DNA from: Takakia lepidozioides
Taxonomy: Eukaryota > Plantae > Bryophyta
DNA length: 64,000 nt
Assembly (NCBI GenBank): GCA_030704615.1
Contig: CM060731.1
Location: forward strand, 36,022,001-36,086,000
Direction: 5' to 3'
Both the position numbers and the translations under genes were made by a program. Positions 26,465 to 38,944 of the stretch are shown here, piece by piece. The notes under the pieces were generated by a model that saw only the letters and a program-made list of their open reading frames with translations, was not told where the DNA came from and made no database searches. Within the stretch, counting starts at the first letter, position 1; each line of letters begins with the position of its first letter.

Positions 26465-26738
26465 CACTGTTTTTTAATCTTGCGAAAAATCGCCAGATTT
26501 CGACCTGGAAAATGGGTCAGCTACTTTTACTAAGGAATTATGGGAATAAAAATCAAGAAAGCGCCAAAGGTTAAATACCAGGAGTCAGATTTGTCGTACG
26601 TGGACCTGTTAAAATTTGACACCTGTAATATAGCCTCTTTTTGTAGCTCTATCACCTCGTTATTACCACATGGGCGTTGAGGAGAATCTACATGTCGCCC
26701 TGCCTGCGATTTTGGAAAAGTGAATAAGAAAAACACTG
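26465..26738. mobile_element. hAT-like MITE (274 bp)
   Basis: Termini CACTGTTTTT / AAAAACACTG with a perfect 8-bp TSD CCCTGCAG (26457-26464, 26739-26746). Confidence 0.85.
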
Positions 26739-26993
26739 CCCTGCAGGTAAATTAAATTGACTGAAACCATCTGAGCCGTCAAACCCACCATCAACCGACG
26801 GCCAAAATTTTTTTTTTGGGTTATCAGTTCCACATAGAACGGCCTCCCGGTCCTAATGGCTGTATGACTGAAATTTTAGTCGAAAGGAATTGACGTGCGA
26901 GTCGCGAATGACGGAATGGAGTCCTTGTTGTAGTTAAATGAATGAAAAATGGATGGGATCAACTCCCGGGTGTCCCACAAAAAGATAAACATA

Positions 26994-27543
26994 CCGTCCC
27001 TTACCAACCATTTAGGCATTTTTGCGCCTAATAATTATTAGAAAAACAAACAGGCTGCTTAGGCGCGTTCCTCAAACCATATCTTCACATTAGGCATCTT
27101 CATGCTATATGTTTTTTGAATTAGGCACATGAAAATAGATATTTTTTTAACAATAAAAATGAAAAATAAAAACCCAATGCAGTGGACGAGGTAGATGGAG
27201 AGATCAAGATGATTAGCGATGAGGATGAATATGATGACATTGTCGAGTCCATGCAGGGGCCTTTGGGATGCAGGGGCCTTTGGAAGTTACATGGACCTCT
27301 TTAAAATAAATTGGGATTTGTAGGAAGATATTTCCGCAAGCATATGTTTGTATTGATTTTTGTTCAATAAAATTTTCATCTTATTACAAACAACATAAGA
27401 AGAGGCTCGAAAGTTTTTTGCTCGAATTTTTAGGAATTAGGCACTTTGGTGCCATGTTTCTGTGCAATTAGGCCAAAATTCCAAAACATGTTAGGCACTT
27501 TCAATTTGCATTAATTATCGCCTAAATGGTTGGTAAAGGACGG
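26994..27543. mobile_element. Tc1/mariner-type MITE (550 bp)
   Basis: 24-bp TIR CCGTCCCTTACCAACCATTTAGGC / GCCTAAATGGTTGGTAAAGGACGG (23/24), flanked by TA on both sides; TTAGGCA subterminal repeats. Confidence 0.85.
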
Positions 27544-27831
27544 TATATCCATATCGTTCGAAATAAACTCGTTGGGTAAGCATAGTCTCTTCGGCATTCG
27601 CTAAAATGGGGTGGTTGGGTGAATCGGTCACCTTATGTGGCGGACGTTCGAGGCCTTGGGAGAAACAAGGCTACCTCCCATTTTCAAAAATATAAAAATA
27701 AAATAAAAAATAAAAATAAAACTTATTTCACCTTTTTAGTTTAAAAAAAAAACTATTTTTAGCGGTTGGTTTGAGGGCTGGCAGGCGTTTTTTATGTGTA
27801 ATTTCAGTGTTTTGTTTTTTTTAATTTTCAA

Positions 27832-28060
27832 AAGCCCCTTTAAAAAATATATATATTCAGTTATTTATTAATAACCTTCAAGTATCTATTTTCTCAAGAG
27901 AGGTTCATTTAGAGCAGGTGTTATCTGGGGAAGGCCTATATGTCTATATATATATATTCAGTTATTTATTAATAACCTTTAAATATCTAGTATCCCATGG
28001 GAAGTTCATTTAGAGCATATGTTTTTTGGGGAAGCCCCTTTAAAAGATATATATATTCAG
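27832..28060. repeat. ~100-bp-period diverged tandem repeat (~2.3 units)
   Basis: Recurring TATATATATTCAG(TTATTTATTAATAACCTT), GTTCATTTAGAGCA and GGGGAAG blocks. Confidence 0.75.
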
Positions 28061-28119
28061 GGAGTTGACATACCACTACAGTATACTCACACCCTAAACA
28101 TTTGCCTTCAACATTTGCC

Positions 28120-28322
28120 TTCAGACCGTCAATTGGGCCCTCGATGGCATGTGTGTAGAGACGATGACATCAAGAAAACAACCGTCATCACAAAAAGTGG
28201 ACTATTCGAATGGTAGGTAATCCCCTTTGGCTTGAAGAATGCAACAACAACCTTTCAAAGGGCCATGAATATCATACTACACGATGAACTCTAAAGCTTT
28301 GCAAAGGTTTTTGTAGACGAGC
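28120..28322 (+). pseudogene. Ty3/Gypsy reverse transcriptase remnant
   Basis: Translates as DDDIKKTTVITKSGLFEW*VIPFGLKNATTTFQRAMNIILHDEL*SFAKVFVDE, matching the Gypsy RT region from xPFGLxNA to YxDD, with in-frame stops. Confidence 0.85.
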
Positions 28323-29991
28323 AGTAGGCTCTGTAAATTCATTGGACGTTAAAGAAACTTTATCTTTATCTTTATCTTTATCCTGAAATATTATCCTTAC
28401 ATAGCAAGGTCATCACAAGTAAAACCTCTATTTACTTCCACACACACAACATCATATGGATAACTCTATCCTCAAAATAAATATGGTACAGAAGATGCAA
28501 TGTGAGTATTTGGTGTTACACAAATTGTATGCCACAGCCAGCCAACATAGTCTAGCAAAACAATGGTCGATGGTAGATGTTTTGTCTACAAAGTATATGA
28601 CCAAAAACTACCTCACTCAATGAGTTTCAGACTTCAATAATAGCAAAACTAAGAAATCACAGTTAACAATAGAGATAAGCCTCAGTTAGCTAAAAGTTAG
28701 CTGAAGTTAGCTTCAGTTAGTAGTGACTCAAGTCCGTGTACCAGAATAACAGTTGGAGATAACTTAGGCGTTGTTGTGCTATAGTTATCTCAGTTATTCC
28801 TGGAATAGACTTTGAGTGAACAGTTCTCAGCAATAAATTCAGTTTTTATCTCTATTCTACTATGAAAACGGGCTGTCGAAAAAACATAATTTTTGTAGTT
28901 CCTGTTCCAAAAATCCCGGATATAGACCTGTTTTTGCAAACCATAGCAAACTACCACTAAGTTACCCATCCACATTTTACATACGTACAAGTTTTACAAA
29001 GATATATACTCAGAAATATAGAAATTCCAAAAAAATTGTCGGACCTCTCTTTCAAGAAAAAATAAATATTTCGGCATAGGCTTGACGAACTGCATAGGCA
29101 AGTACGGTATATATAGAATAGAGGAGTTCTGAAGCACAAATTGTTTTTTGTTTTTTTTATTTTTTTTTATTTTTTTTAAAGAAAAGGGTACAGAGGCCAA
29201 CTTGTTTCAGTTCTACTGGAAAAGAGCTTCAGAGAGGGCCGGCCGGTGTCGCGGTGACCGCGCGGAGGTGATGCGGGGGCGGCTGCGGGTGGGTGGAGGG
29301 CCACGTAGGGCGGCCGGGCCCGGGCCTTGTCCATCACTTGTAGCGACACTAGTGGATGGATGTCCGTGTCTTGTCTGTGAATCAAGTCGTGGGATCTTCG
29401 CACGATTTGCATGGGAGCGGCCCCTAGGGTTTGCGCACACATGCCAAGTGTGTGCATCCCCATCGCTCAAACCTCACTTTTCAACTTTCACATTTCTGGC
29501 CTCCGAATTTCAGGGCTCCTAGCTGAGTTTTGTAGGTTTCGGACAGGTGGTCGGATGCCGCTTGTTGTGGGGACTTGGAGTTTGCCATTTTAAGCAGGGG
29601 CGTTTTATATCGGGAAGGGCGCTTCGGGGGGCGATGACGACAGTAAAGAAACAGTGAGCGGTGAAAACAGACCTCGTTCATACCGAACGTTGCTCGGTGT
29701 AGAGGGAAAGCCGCTCAATTAAAGGGGGCTTCTGGCGGAGCATTCTCTTAAGTGTTCACAGGATCTAACCAATCATTGCACTTGGTTTCTATTTGTCCAG
29801 AAGCCTGCAGAGAGGGAGAGGGAAGAGAGAGGGAGGTGGCGGGGGTATGAATTAACTTAGCGTGACTGGATACATCTGCAGTCCCAAATTTGTTATGTTC
29901 ACAGGGGTCTTCAGCCCGGAAGCGTTGCAGTTTTGTATGTCCTGCGTCCGCCAGAGTGAAGGGATCTGTGATTTCTGAGAAATTATCTGAA

Positions 29992-31469
29992 ATGACGGAG
30001 TTTCCCGTGATTGCGCCAAGGATGGCTACTGGATTGGTTTCCGGTGTTGCAAAGAGCCACATTGTCTTACATGTTAGCAGCGCAGCTCAATTTCGAGCTC
30101 AAGTCAAAGACACTTCGGGCACAGAAATCACATCTGGAAGCTTTTTTGAACTTACCAAGAAACCAGGGATGGAGCAAATGCGTTCGAAGAGTTCATTCTC
30201 AAGTTTCCCGTTTGGTGGGGAAGTAAGTCACTCAAAAGAGGCCATGTCTCGGTCCGCAAAGAGTAAACGATACGTTGGGAGACAAGCCAGCGGCAATCCT
30301 AGCTTATCGGCGGCAGTTCAAGAAAGAGCCGCGTCGCAAAATGGTGCAGTTAGTAGTCAAATGGCTTTACAGAAAGAGGTTGAATCCAGAGATACAATGG
30401 TGTATGTGGAGCGCGGCCTTATGGAACAAACATTGATAAACTCAGAGCCGCTGACGAGGGGAGGTCTTATTGACAATGGCGTCGTCTACCGAGAGAAGTT
30501 TGTTATCCGCTGTTATGAGGTTGGGGCCAACCGCACTGCATCCATGGAAACCATGGCCAATCTTCTCCAGGTTTGTCATTTTATCCTTACATACTAGCCT
30601 GGGCGGTCCACATGTGAGCAGTCTGTTCAGTAGGAACACAGGCATGGAGCTCCATCTCATGAACGTGCATTACTCACTTTGAATGGCCTGCGATATTATC
30701 CTTTCCTTTTCACCGAGCACAATCCAAACTGTCTCGACAGTAGCTGTATTAGGATTTGAAACTGCAACGCGCATTCCTCCGTGTTCTTGTTGTACTCAAA
30801 TCCTAAGCTATTGGACGAAGTAGAATTTACAAGGCTTATCGAATTAATGAGATCGCACCTGCTTTAGATGAAATATCCTAACAGTACCCGGTATGCAAGC
30901 CAGAAGCTCAAGAATAGGAGAATTTGCACATTGTATGACAGCCAGAGGTTCCAGAGATATGAATTGTCCTGTACAAGAATTGTGACTTACACGACTGCCA
31001 TAACATTTCTATGATAGAGAAGGGCCACCTGCAAATATTAGGTCCTTCGCTACTACAGACACAACATTAGGTTGCCGGAAGAAGTCGCGTGGGGTGGAGT
31101 CCGTTTAGTGCAGGCTGTGCATTGATATTGATGATACAGACGTTATTCTGAGACTTGTATTCCATTCGAAGGTTGTCGGCTTTTTGTCCAAGCCTCTAAT
31201 AACTTGCCAGAGTACTATCTGCAGATCCTTAATGGACGCGGTTGATGACTCGATTCATAATACTCTCTTCAAATAGAGAGAGAATGTACTCTTCAAATCC
31301 TTAATGCTCCTGCCAGGAGACGCCGTTGTTGACTCAGTTCATTAACTCTGTTCACAATAAGTGAGAATGTACTTCGTTTGCCGTAGCCCTGTGGCGACCC
31401 CGTTTTTTGGACCGAAAAAAATAAAAATATTAAAATAAGATTTGGTTTTCCTTAGCCTTGTGGCCATTC

Positions 31470-31500
<31 letters not shown>

Positions 31501-34113
31501 TTATAATGACAAGTCTCCACATCATCTTACTGCCACTACCCTCTCCCAGGATATGTGGCACTTATTCTTGACAACCAGCCCACAATTGTTGCCTTTGCAC
31601 TCTAAAGTCTCTAGGCTCTAGGAAAGAGATTTTTCTTAGCCCTTGACTTCCGCGATTTGATGTGCACTTGAAAATAGAATCAAAGAAACTATGGCACTCC
31701 CTGGCTATTTTGTCATCTTTACTGAAGGATGAAAGATTGGAATGTGCTTGCAGGAAGTGGGGTGTAACCATGCTCAATGTGTAGGATTTTCCACGGATGG
31801 CTTTGCAACTACTCCACTTATGAGAGAGAGAGGTTTGATTTGGGTCACAACACGCATGCACGTTGAGGTCACTGAGTACCCTGTCTGGTAAATTTCTCCA
31901 ACACATTTACACATTAAAACCCAGCTTATCATTGCAAGGCGTTAATGTATGTCTAACTTGACTGTAAACTGACGCTACATTTGCTGTGGCTTGCTGCTGC
32001 TGTTATGTATTGTAATCTCTTTTGAGTATATATGAGACTAAATGGACGATTCTTGCATGTGACAGGGGTGATACTGTTGAGATTGATACATGGTTTCAAG
32101 TCGAGGGAAGAATCGAAACCAGGAGGGATTGGCTAATTCGAGATGATCAAACAGGTCGCGTTATTGGGAGGTCTACCAGGTACATGACGTTCCTGGTCTT
32201 GTGGTTGGCTCTGTACCTGTGAGGTTCTAACCAAGCCTCCACCACTGCAGTGGTAGTCATACGTTATAGAGTATGTTCCCCTGCATTGCTTCCTAAACCC
32301 TGGGAAGCTGCCGGGGGATACCAAGCAAGCCCTTGCTACATTGAAACCCTGCTAAGCGAGCAGGTACATTCAGGAATGTCAGTTGTCATGGTGGAAGTGA
32401 GATGTTTGTGTTAGATCTAGTTGGACTGGAAATGCCCTAGCTTTTCCTGTTTCCTAATAGAGAATTTCAAACTTACTTGTAGATAGTACTTGTAATGAGC
32501 TTGAATTGGCCTTGAGGTCGTTTTCCAGCCACAAGGACAGTTGGAAGGGGATGGGAAGGGGCAAGTTTGCTTTGTGACATGTGTGTTTCCTGAACAGGTC
32601 AATTTGTTAGGACATGAGAGAAACTTCAGAAATAGCCACCCCAAAATCTCAGTTAGAAAACTCTTCTGAAGAGCAGAAAATCGTCACTGGAACTCCCAGA
32701 ATCGGAACTGGAATGGGCTTCTGCATGATCAATGGGGAGGTCTTCTTATCTGAATGGGTCTTAGAATGCTCAGAATGATAAGGTGACGAGGCAAACATGA
32801 ATTATTTTGCAGCACTTGGGTGATGATGAAAGTGGACACCAGAAAGCTTGCAAGGATAGCCGATGATGTGCGGGACGAATTGAGACCCCACTCACCCTTG
32901 CTGCCAAGGTATGTTTCTCTCTTCGTTTTTTGAGACAATAATCTGTATTTTCAGCTTAGGTGGACAAGAGTCTTTGTGTAAATGAACTGCGTATCTATCT
33001 GAGTAAACAAGTGTGTGTTGCGGTTTACTACAGTTCTGAAAAGAATGTGTTGGATGTACAGATGGGCATTTTCTGAGGACAATGATGCCTGCATGAAAAA
33101 GATTGGAATGCTCAAAGATCCAGCCCAGTACGTCCGCCCCAACCTTACGGTACGTCCAGTGATATTATAGCTACTGATGGCTTATGTGACCCACCTCCAA
33201 GATTCTGCATACCGCATTGCAGATGTTTATACTAACCAAATTTCAAAACATGCTGGATGTAAAACTTTTCAACTGGAAGAACATACTATACTCATTGATT
33301 GTGTATTTCTGCTATGGCAGCCGAGAAGGGGAGACCTGGACATGAATCAACATGTGAACAATGTGACCTACATTGGATGGATGCTTGAGGTATGATTTCT
33401 GCCTTACCATCTGCAACTCTCCATCAGATTATGGCATTAATCTGCAAATCTGATGCACTATTACTTGGTTTCAGAATTATGCTTGGTCTCATTACAAAGC
33501 CATTAGGCCTGGAAATCTAGGGAAATTCCAGCAAGAGGGCGCCCTGGTCAAGGGTGTAGAGGTTTGCTAAGTACAACAATTCACTTGATGGATGACAGTG
33601 TCAGGTTGAATGTGCCTAGCAAGGCATTCCTTCTTCACTTGAACTAAAATCATTGGATTATGTGAGCATCCTTCTGACAAGCTTGCCATATCTTTTGTAC
33701 AGGGCATGCCTCGTGAAATTACAGCCACTCACGAGCTGACCCAGATTACACTAGGCTACAGGCGTGAATGTAAGGCGGATGATGTAGTAGAGTCCTTGAT
33801 CAGTCCAGAAACTCCAGAGACACATGATCTTGTGGACAGCAACCAAACCTCTGTAGGTACCAGTGGGTCCGCCACTCCTGAATCATCTACAACAGAGAAG
33901 CCTGGAATCAAGGTGAATGGGAGCTCCTTAATCACTCTCTCAAATACCAACGGTGCCCTGCTTGCATCCAGCCGTGCCAACACAGAGATGAGCAAGACCC
34001 CTTTGCATTTTCTACACCTCTTGAGACTGTCAGGCGGGGGTGTCGAAATTAACAGAGGGAGGACAGAGTGGAGGAGAAAGACCGATTCATTGAGGACCTT
34101 GAAAGGTGACTGA
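29992..34113 (+). CDS. FATA: Acyl-ACP thioesterase, FatA-like (~496 aa, 7 exons)
   Basis: Exons 29992-30570, 31754-31887, 32066-32179, 32813-32908, 33062-33149, 33321-33389, 33703-34113; GT-AG introns and consistent frame. Motifs: FVIRCYEVGANRTASMETMANLLQ, NHAQCVGFSTDGFATT, DLDMNQHVNNVTYIGWMLE, YRREC, EINRGRTEWR. Start codon uncertain (29992 or 30022). Confidence 0.93.
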
Positions 34114-35432
34114 CCTTAAAAGGGCTTCAAACAGTTTCACTCTTCAGGCTACTTCTAGGTCTCATGACCTTCTCTTGCTACTCCCAGGTGACTGAAAGGC
34201 TCTTGCATGGCTTAGTGCACTTAATACTTAGTGCATACTGTCCTATTAGACGGTATGTAAGTGTACATATGTACAGGTACTGTATCTGCTTGTGCAAGAG
34301 CAAGGGGAGGGTGCGGGGGAGCAATTATATTGCGTGCTTTCCTGTGTCCCTCAGGATGAAATTGTCCATTGTCAATACAAAAAATGGGTGCTTCTGTCTT
34401 TCAAAATCTGCAGCAGTGGAAATGCAACCACTCCTTAACCTCCTTACTACGGAAAAGAATGTCAGTATACTGCAGATAGTGCTCTGTCAGCAGAAATAAA
34501 TAACTACTAGCTGCTGTATCTTGAAACAAGAGTTAGCAGGGGCTAGCACCGCAACTCATGGCTACTTTTTTTCCGGATAGAACTGAAATCTGGTATAGAA
34601 ATCTCTCATTTTCTGTCTGGTATTGTCAGTATTACCAGGTTTTTCACCCTCTTGGGCATTTTGTTATAAGACTACCACCAAAATCAACAGCCAGATGGTT
34701 TTATGTCAAAGTTTGTTTGCGAACATAAGCCCATGTCGTTTTGTGTAACTGTATACCCCTGAGTCAAACCACCATAGCCGCGGTGCACTGTTCCAGGACT
34801 CACTTGTCTACATCTGTGTGTCCAATTGATATGAAAAGTAAAACACAACGAGTCGGAGATTGGAGTGAACAGGTGCATCACATAAACCAGACCTTCATCA
34901 TGACCAGCAACCCACAAAATTACACTGGGGAATGATGAGACTTCCTCTTCTTCCTAATTGCAACAGAGATTATTCATGTTGGGGGAGAGGCTCAATAACA
35001 CACTCTTACAGTGAAGATGGATGCCCATCCAATCCAAGTAAAAGCTACAGCAATATGCACTGTTGTAAAAATGAAGGACTTTCCAAGGATAAAACATTTT
35101 CCTGCCCACTCAATGAATTTCCATGTGGGCCCTGCCCAAGTATACCGCGAAAAATTGGGAAAAGGAGAAACAAAATCCGAAAAATTCGTCAAAAAGCATT
35201 AGAAGTTGAATATCCGCCTTTCAAAAAATATAAACAAATAAATAAATAAATATAGAGCCCGGATTTGCCATTGTGTGGACCAATTGTAATGTGCCACTTT
35301 TGACCCTGCCACCTCGTTATTCCTGCCACGTGGGAACTGAGTTGAAATCACATGTGGCAATTTTAGAAAAATTAAAAAAGAAAAAATACTGAAATCCAGT
35401 GACGGGGAAATTCCACTTGGGAAGTTAGGCTC

Positions 35433-35454
35433 ATATATATATATATATATATAT
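35433..35454. repeat. (AT)n microsatellite
   Basis: AT run of about 22 bp. Confidence 0.9.
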
Positions 35455-36060
35455 GAAGCTAGCGTAAATAAAAACCTCTTCCCCATGCCGGAGTTAGGCT
35501 CATAGTTGCCGCAGTTGTCTTCTTTGACCAGTGGAGCCGTCGGAAAGAGTTGCATAGAATGTCCCTGCAAATCCAACTTCCGCAAAGAGGCTCCACATAA
35601 GCACCACATCACATTGCCTTCTTGTTGCCATTCCTCCGCAATGAGGGTGTTAATTTACGCTTCATCAAGAGATCATTTGGTTGCCTTTGTTTGTTTGCTC
35701 CCACTGCCGCTCGTGTTGTAATGCCCTAATAAGACACCTAAAAAACGGCAAAAATTTATTACCTATCAATATTTACAATCTTAGGAGCTAAAGGTCAGTT
35801 TACACTTGCAGGTATCCTGAGTGATAAATCGTGATTTACTAACCACAGTTCACACATGCGCCCTAGCACAAATAAATTGATGACGTGTCGGTCACTATCA
35901 CTCAACCTATCGCCAGAGCAACGTGAATATCAATCACCAGGGATAAGCAAATCCACATAATTCTACATTTCAGATCCTACCATCAATTGTTAGCTATCAG
36001 TTTGAAACGCAAGTATTAGCTACTAATCCCGCCATTGATCTTCTCCCTGCGCTCCTCCCA

Positions 36061-36899
36061 ATGGCGAACACTGCAGCGACATCAGGAAACACTGGAAACA
36101 TTGGAAACACTACGGCGATGGCAGGAAACGCAAGAAGCACCGTAGCAAGGGGCAGGGGTCGGGGAAATGGACCTCCTCGCCAGCGCAAAGGCAATTGGGA
36201 GCATTCAGAAGTTCTTGCTCTAATCAAGTGTAAGCATGCCGAGCATGTTGCACAAAAGCAGCTAGTTGATCCCTGCTCTCACATGGTTCCCGCAGCCCAG
36301 AAGTGGAATAAAATTGTTGAAGAACTTCAGAAGTTGACACGCGCCAAAGAACCTCGCAATGGAAAAATGGCCAAGGATAAATGGAATGGAGTGAATAGCG
36401 ACTACAAGAAACTGTCCGATTATCACAAGGGAACTGGTCAAAACTCCTTACTGGAATCTCTCAATTGAAGAACGTGACAGGTACCATCTCCCGAGACAAT
36501 TCCATTGTAAATATTATGATGCTATTGAAGCTTTCCAGGGTGAGAGAATCATTAATACACCTTTACATGTGAGGGATTCAAGTGCTGAGGGGGACAGCAA
36601 TTACGTGCCAGAACATATTCAAGAAACAGATCAAGAGGAAGATGAGAATCTGGTTCAACCTACAGCTTCTCATTCGGTGCAGCTTGGAGGTTCCCATTCT
36701 ATGCAGCCTAGAGGTTCTCTTATGGCAGAATTTCTAGGTGATGATTTTGTACCCGAAGGAGCACAAGTGCATGAAATAAGTAGTAAAAGCAATCAAGGAC
36801 CTACCCAGGGAGCAAATTTTGTCAATCTGGATGACCTGGAAGAGTCGCAAGTTCGGCCTCCTATCGTGAATCTTGTTGACACACCCTCGGCAAGAAATC
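36061..36899 (+). pseudogene. Myb/SANT (trihelix)-like DNA-binding protein of the Harbinger element
   Basis: RKGNWEHSEVLALIKCK...KWNKIVEEL...RNGKMAKDKWNGVNSDYKK. A frameshift at ~36445 continues as YWNLSIEERDRYHLPRQF. Interrupted by a Copia LTR at 36900. Confidence 0.8.
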
Positions 36900-38942
36900 T
36901 GTAGAAAATCAGCAAGCATAAACTAGTATAGTAGGAATAGTCTCGAAACAGTAAGAACTCCAATTAACAGAAGTTGATTTATACATAGTGTACACCTAAC
37001 TACTCATAAAGACTAAGATAAGAGTTAGCTACAATCACTTTGGTACGCAGAATTTTTCAATGTATAGACTGGCCTAAAACGCGTTATCTACCTGTATACT
37101 AGGAAATCATAAATAAGGTGTGTATTTTCTACACCTCCCCTCACACCTTATTTATCCTGACTCCTGAAGATTGGCCGCACTTTTCTAAGTTGTCTCTCAT
37201 CTCTTCAAACCTTGTGCGCCTTAAGGGCTTCGTAAAGAAATCAGCTGACTGCTCTCGAGTGGAAATATGGTATAAGTCCACTTCCTTGTTCACTATCCTC
37301 CCTCAAATGTAATGATAATGAACCTCTATGTGTTTAGTCCTTGCATGGAACACTGGATTGTTAGCAATCTTAAGACTACTTTGATTATTACAAAATATAG
37401 GAGTGGGTTCTGATTTTCTAAATCCTATTTCCGCCATCATATTCCCTAACCACGTGGTCTCTTTAGCTCCATCTGCCAACGATCGGTATTCTGCTTTGAT
37501 GGAGGAGAGTGCAACAGTCGGCTGCCTTTTGGAACTCCAAGAAATAGGGGATGAACCAATTCTGAAAACATAGCCACTGGTTGACCTCCTTGATTCGTTG
37601 TCTCGCCCAATCAGAATCTGTAAATCCCTCTAGATTGTTGCCGTCACCTTGCCAATACATTATCCCGAAGTCTATCGTTCCTTTCAAGTACCTCAAGATC
37701 TGTTTCACGACATTTAGGTGTGATGTTTGTGGTTCTGCCATGCACCTACTCACCACTCCAACAGCAAACACGATGTCACGTGCAACTAACCTTGCCTTGT
37801 ATTTTTGGGGTTTCCATGTTGTGTCAGTTTTAATTTTGAACACCCATTTTCCTGTGATGGGACGTTTTCCAGATGACAATTCGACTAGCTCCCAAGCTTT
37901 ATTTCGATAGATTGAATCCATTTCAGAGTTCATAGCCTCTCGCCATCGTTCATCTATGGCCGCTTCCTGGTAAGATTTTGGTTCCTCAGGCAAATCGATG
38001 GAACCTACGATGAAATCATTTAACCGAGATGAGAATTTGGTAACTCTACCTGATCGTCTTGGTTATGATTGCCTTGGTTCGAAGGATGCGCTCTCTTCTT
38101 CTGATGGTTCGCCAACTGCTCTCATCACCGTCCTCTCACATGTATTGTGACTTGATTCTCGAATCTCAATGTCAATGTCGACGGTAGTTTCTATAGGGAC
38201 GTTCCAAAATTCATCATTTTGAGAGTGTTCAATGACCAGATCTGTCTTTTGAACAATTGTTTCTCTATTCTCCTGTCGCATTCCTCCATCTTCTCCTGCT
38301 ACAACCAACTTCTCGGGGTTTAGTGCAGTTGAAGTCTTCAATTTCAACACACCACTCCGATGTTCATTAAACTTCACATCACGGTTAATTATAACCTTGC
38401 GGATGATCGGGTTGAAGCATCAATATGCTTTTGTTTGCTCATCGTATCCCACCAGCATGCACCTGATAGTCTTTGCATCCAATTTTTTTTCTGAACTCCT
38501 CCACAACATGTATGAATGTTTCGCAACCATAAGCTTTAAGATGTCGAATATCTAGTCTTATTTAGAAAACAGCTCCTCGGGTGTCACACCTTTGTTTGCT
38601 CGTGTAGGTGACATGTTCACCAAGTAATTCGCAGTGTTCACTGCTTCTGTCCACAAGTATTTGGATATGTTGCTTCCTAGAAACATGCTCCTGGCTTTTT
38701 CCATAATTGTTCGATTTTTTCGCTCTGACACTCCATTTTGATGGGGAATATGGGCCTGAGTCAGTTGGCGCTTAATCCTATTTTGTTGACAGAATGCTAC
38801 AAACTCCTTCGACATGTATTCGCCTCCTCTATCCATCCTCAACATTTTGATTCTTCTCTCAACTTCATTCTCAACTTCTTTCTTGAATATTTTGAACATA
38901 CTCAAGGTTTCAGACCTTGCTCTCAAAAAGTAGATCCAGGTC
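36900..38942 (-). mobile_element. Ty1/Copia LTR retrotransposon, 3' part (integrase, deleted RT, RNase H, PPT, 3' LTR)
   Basis: Integrase (IKMLRMDRGGEY, PHQNGVSERKNRT, LWTEAVNTANYLVN). RT start EPKSYQEA...KARLVAR is fused directly to DIVFAVGVVSR. RNase H ([24 protein letters not shown]). PPT 37134-37142. LTR 36900-37133 (234 bp) with TGTAGAAAAT...ATTTTCTACA inverted ends. Confidence 0.92.
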
Positions 38943-38944
38943 TT

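Noticed and set aside
31234-31376. ~60-bp diverged direct repeat in FatA intron 1
   Set aside because: An ordinary local duplication with no further structure.
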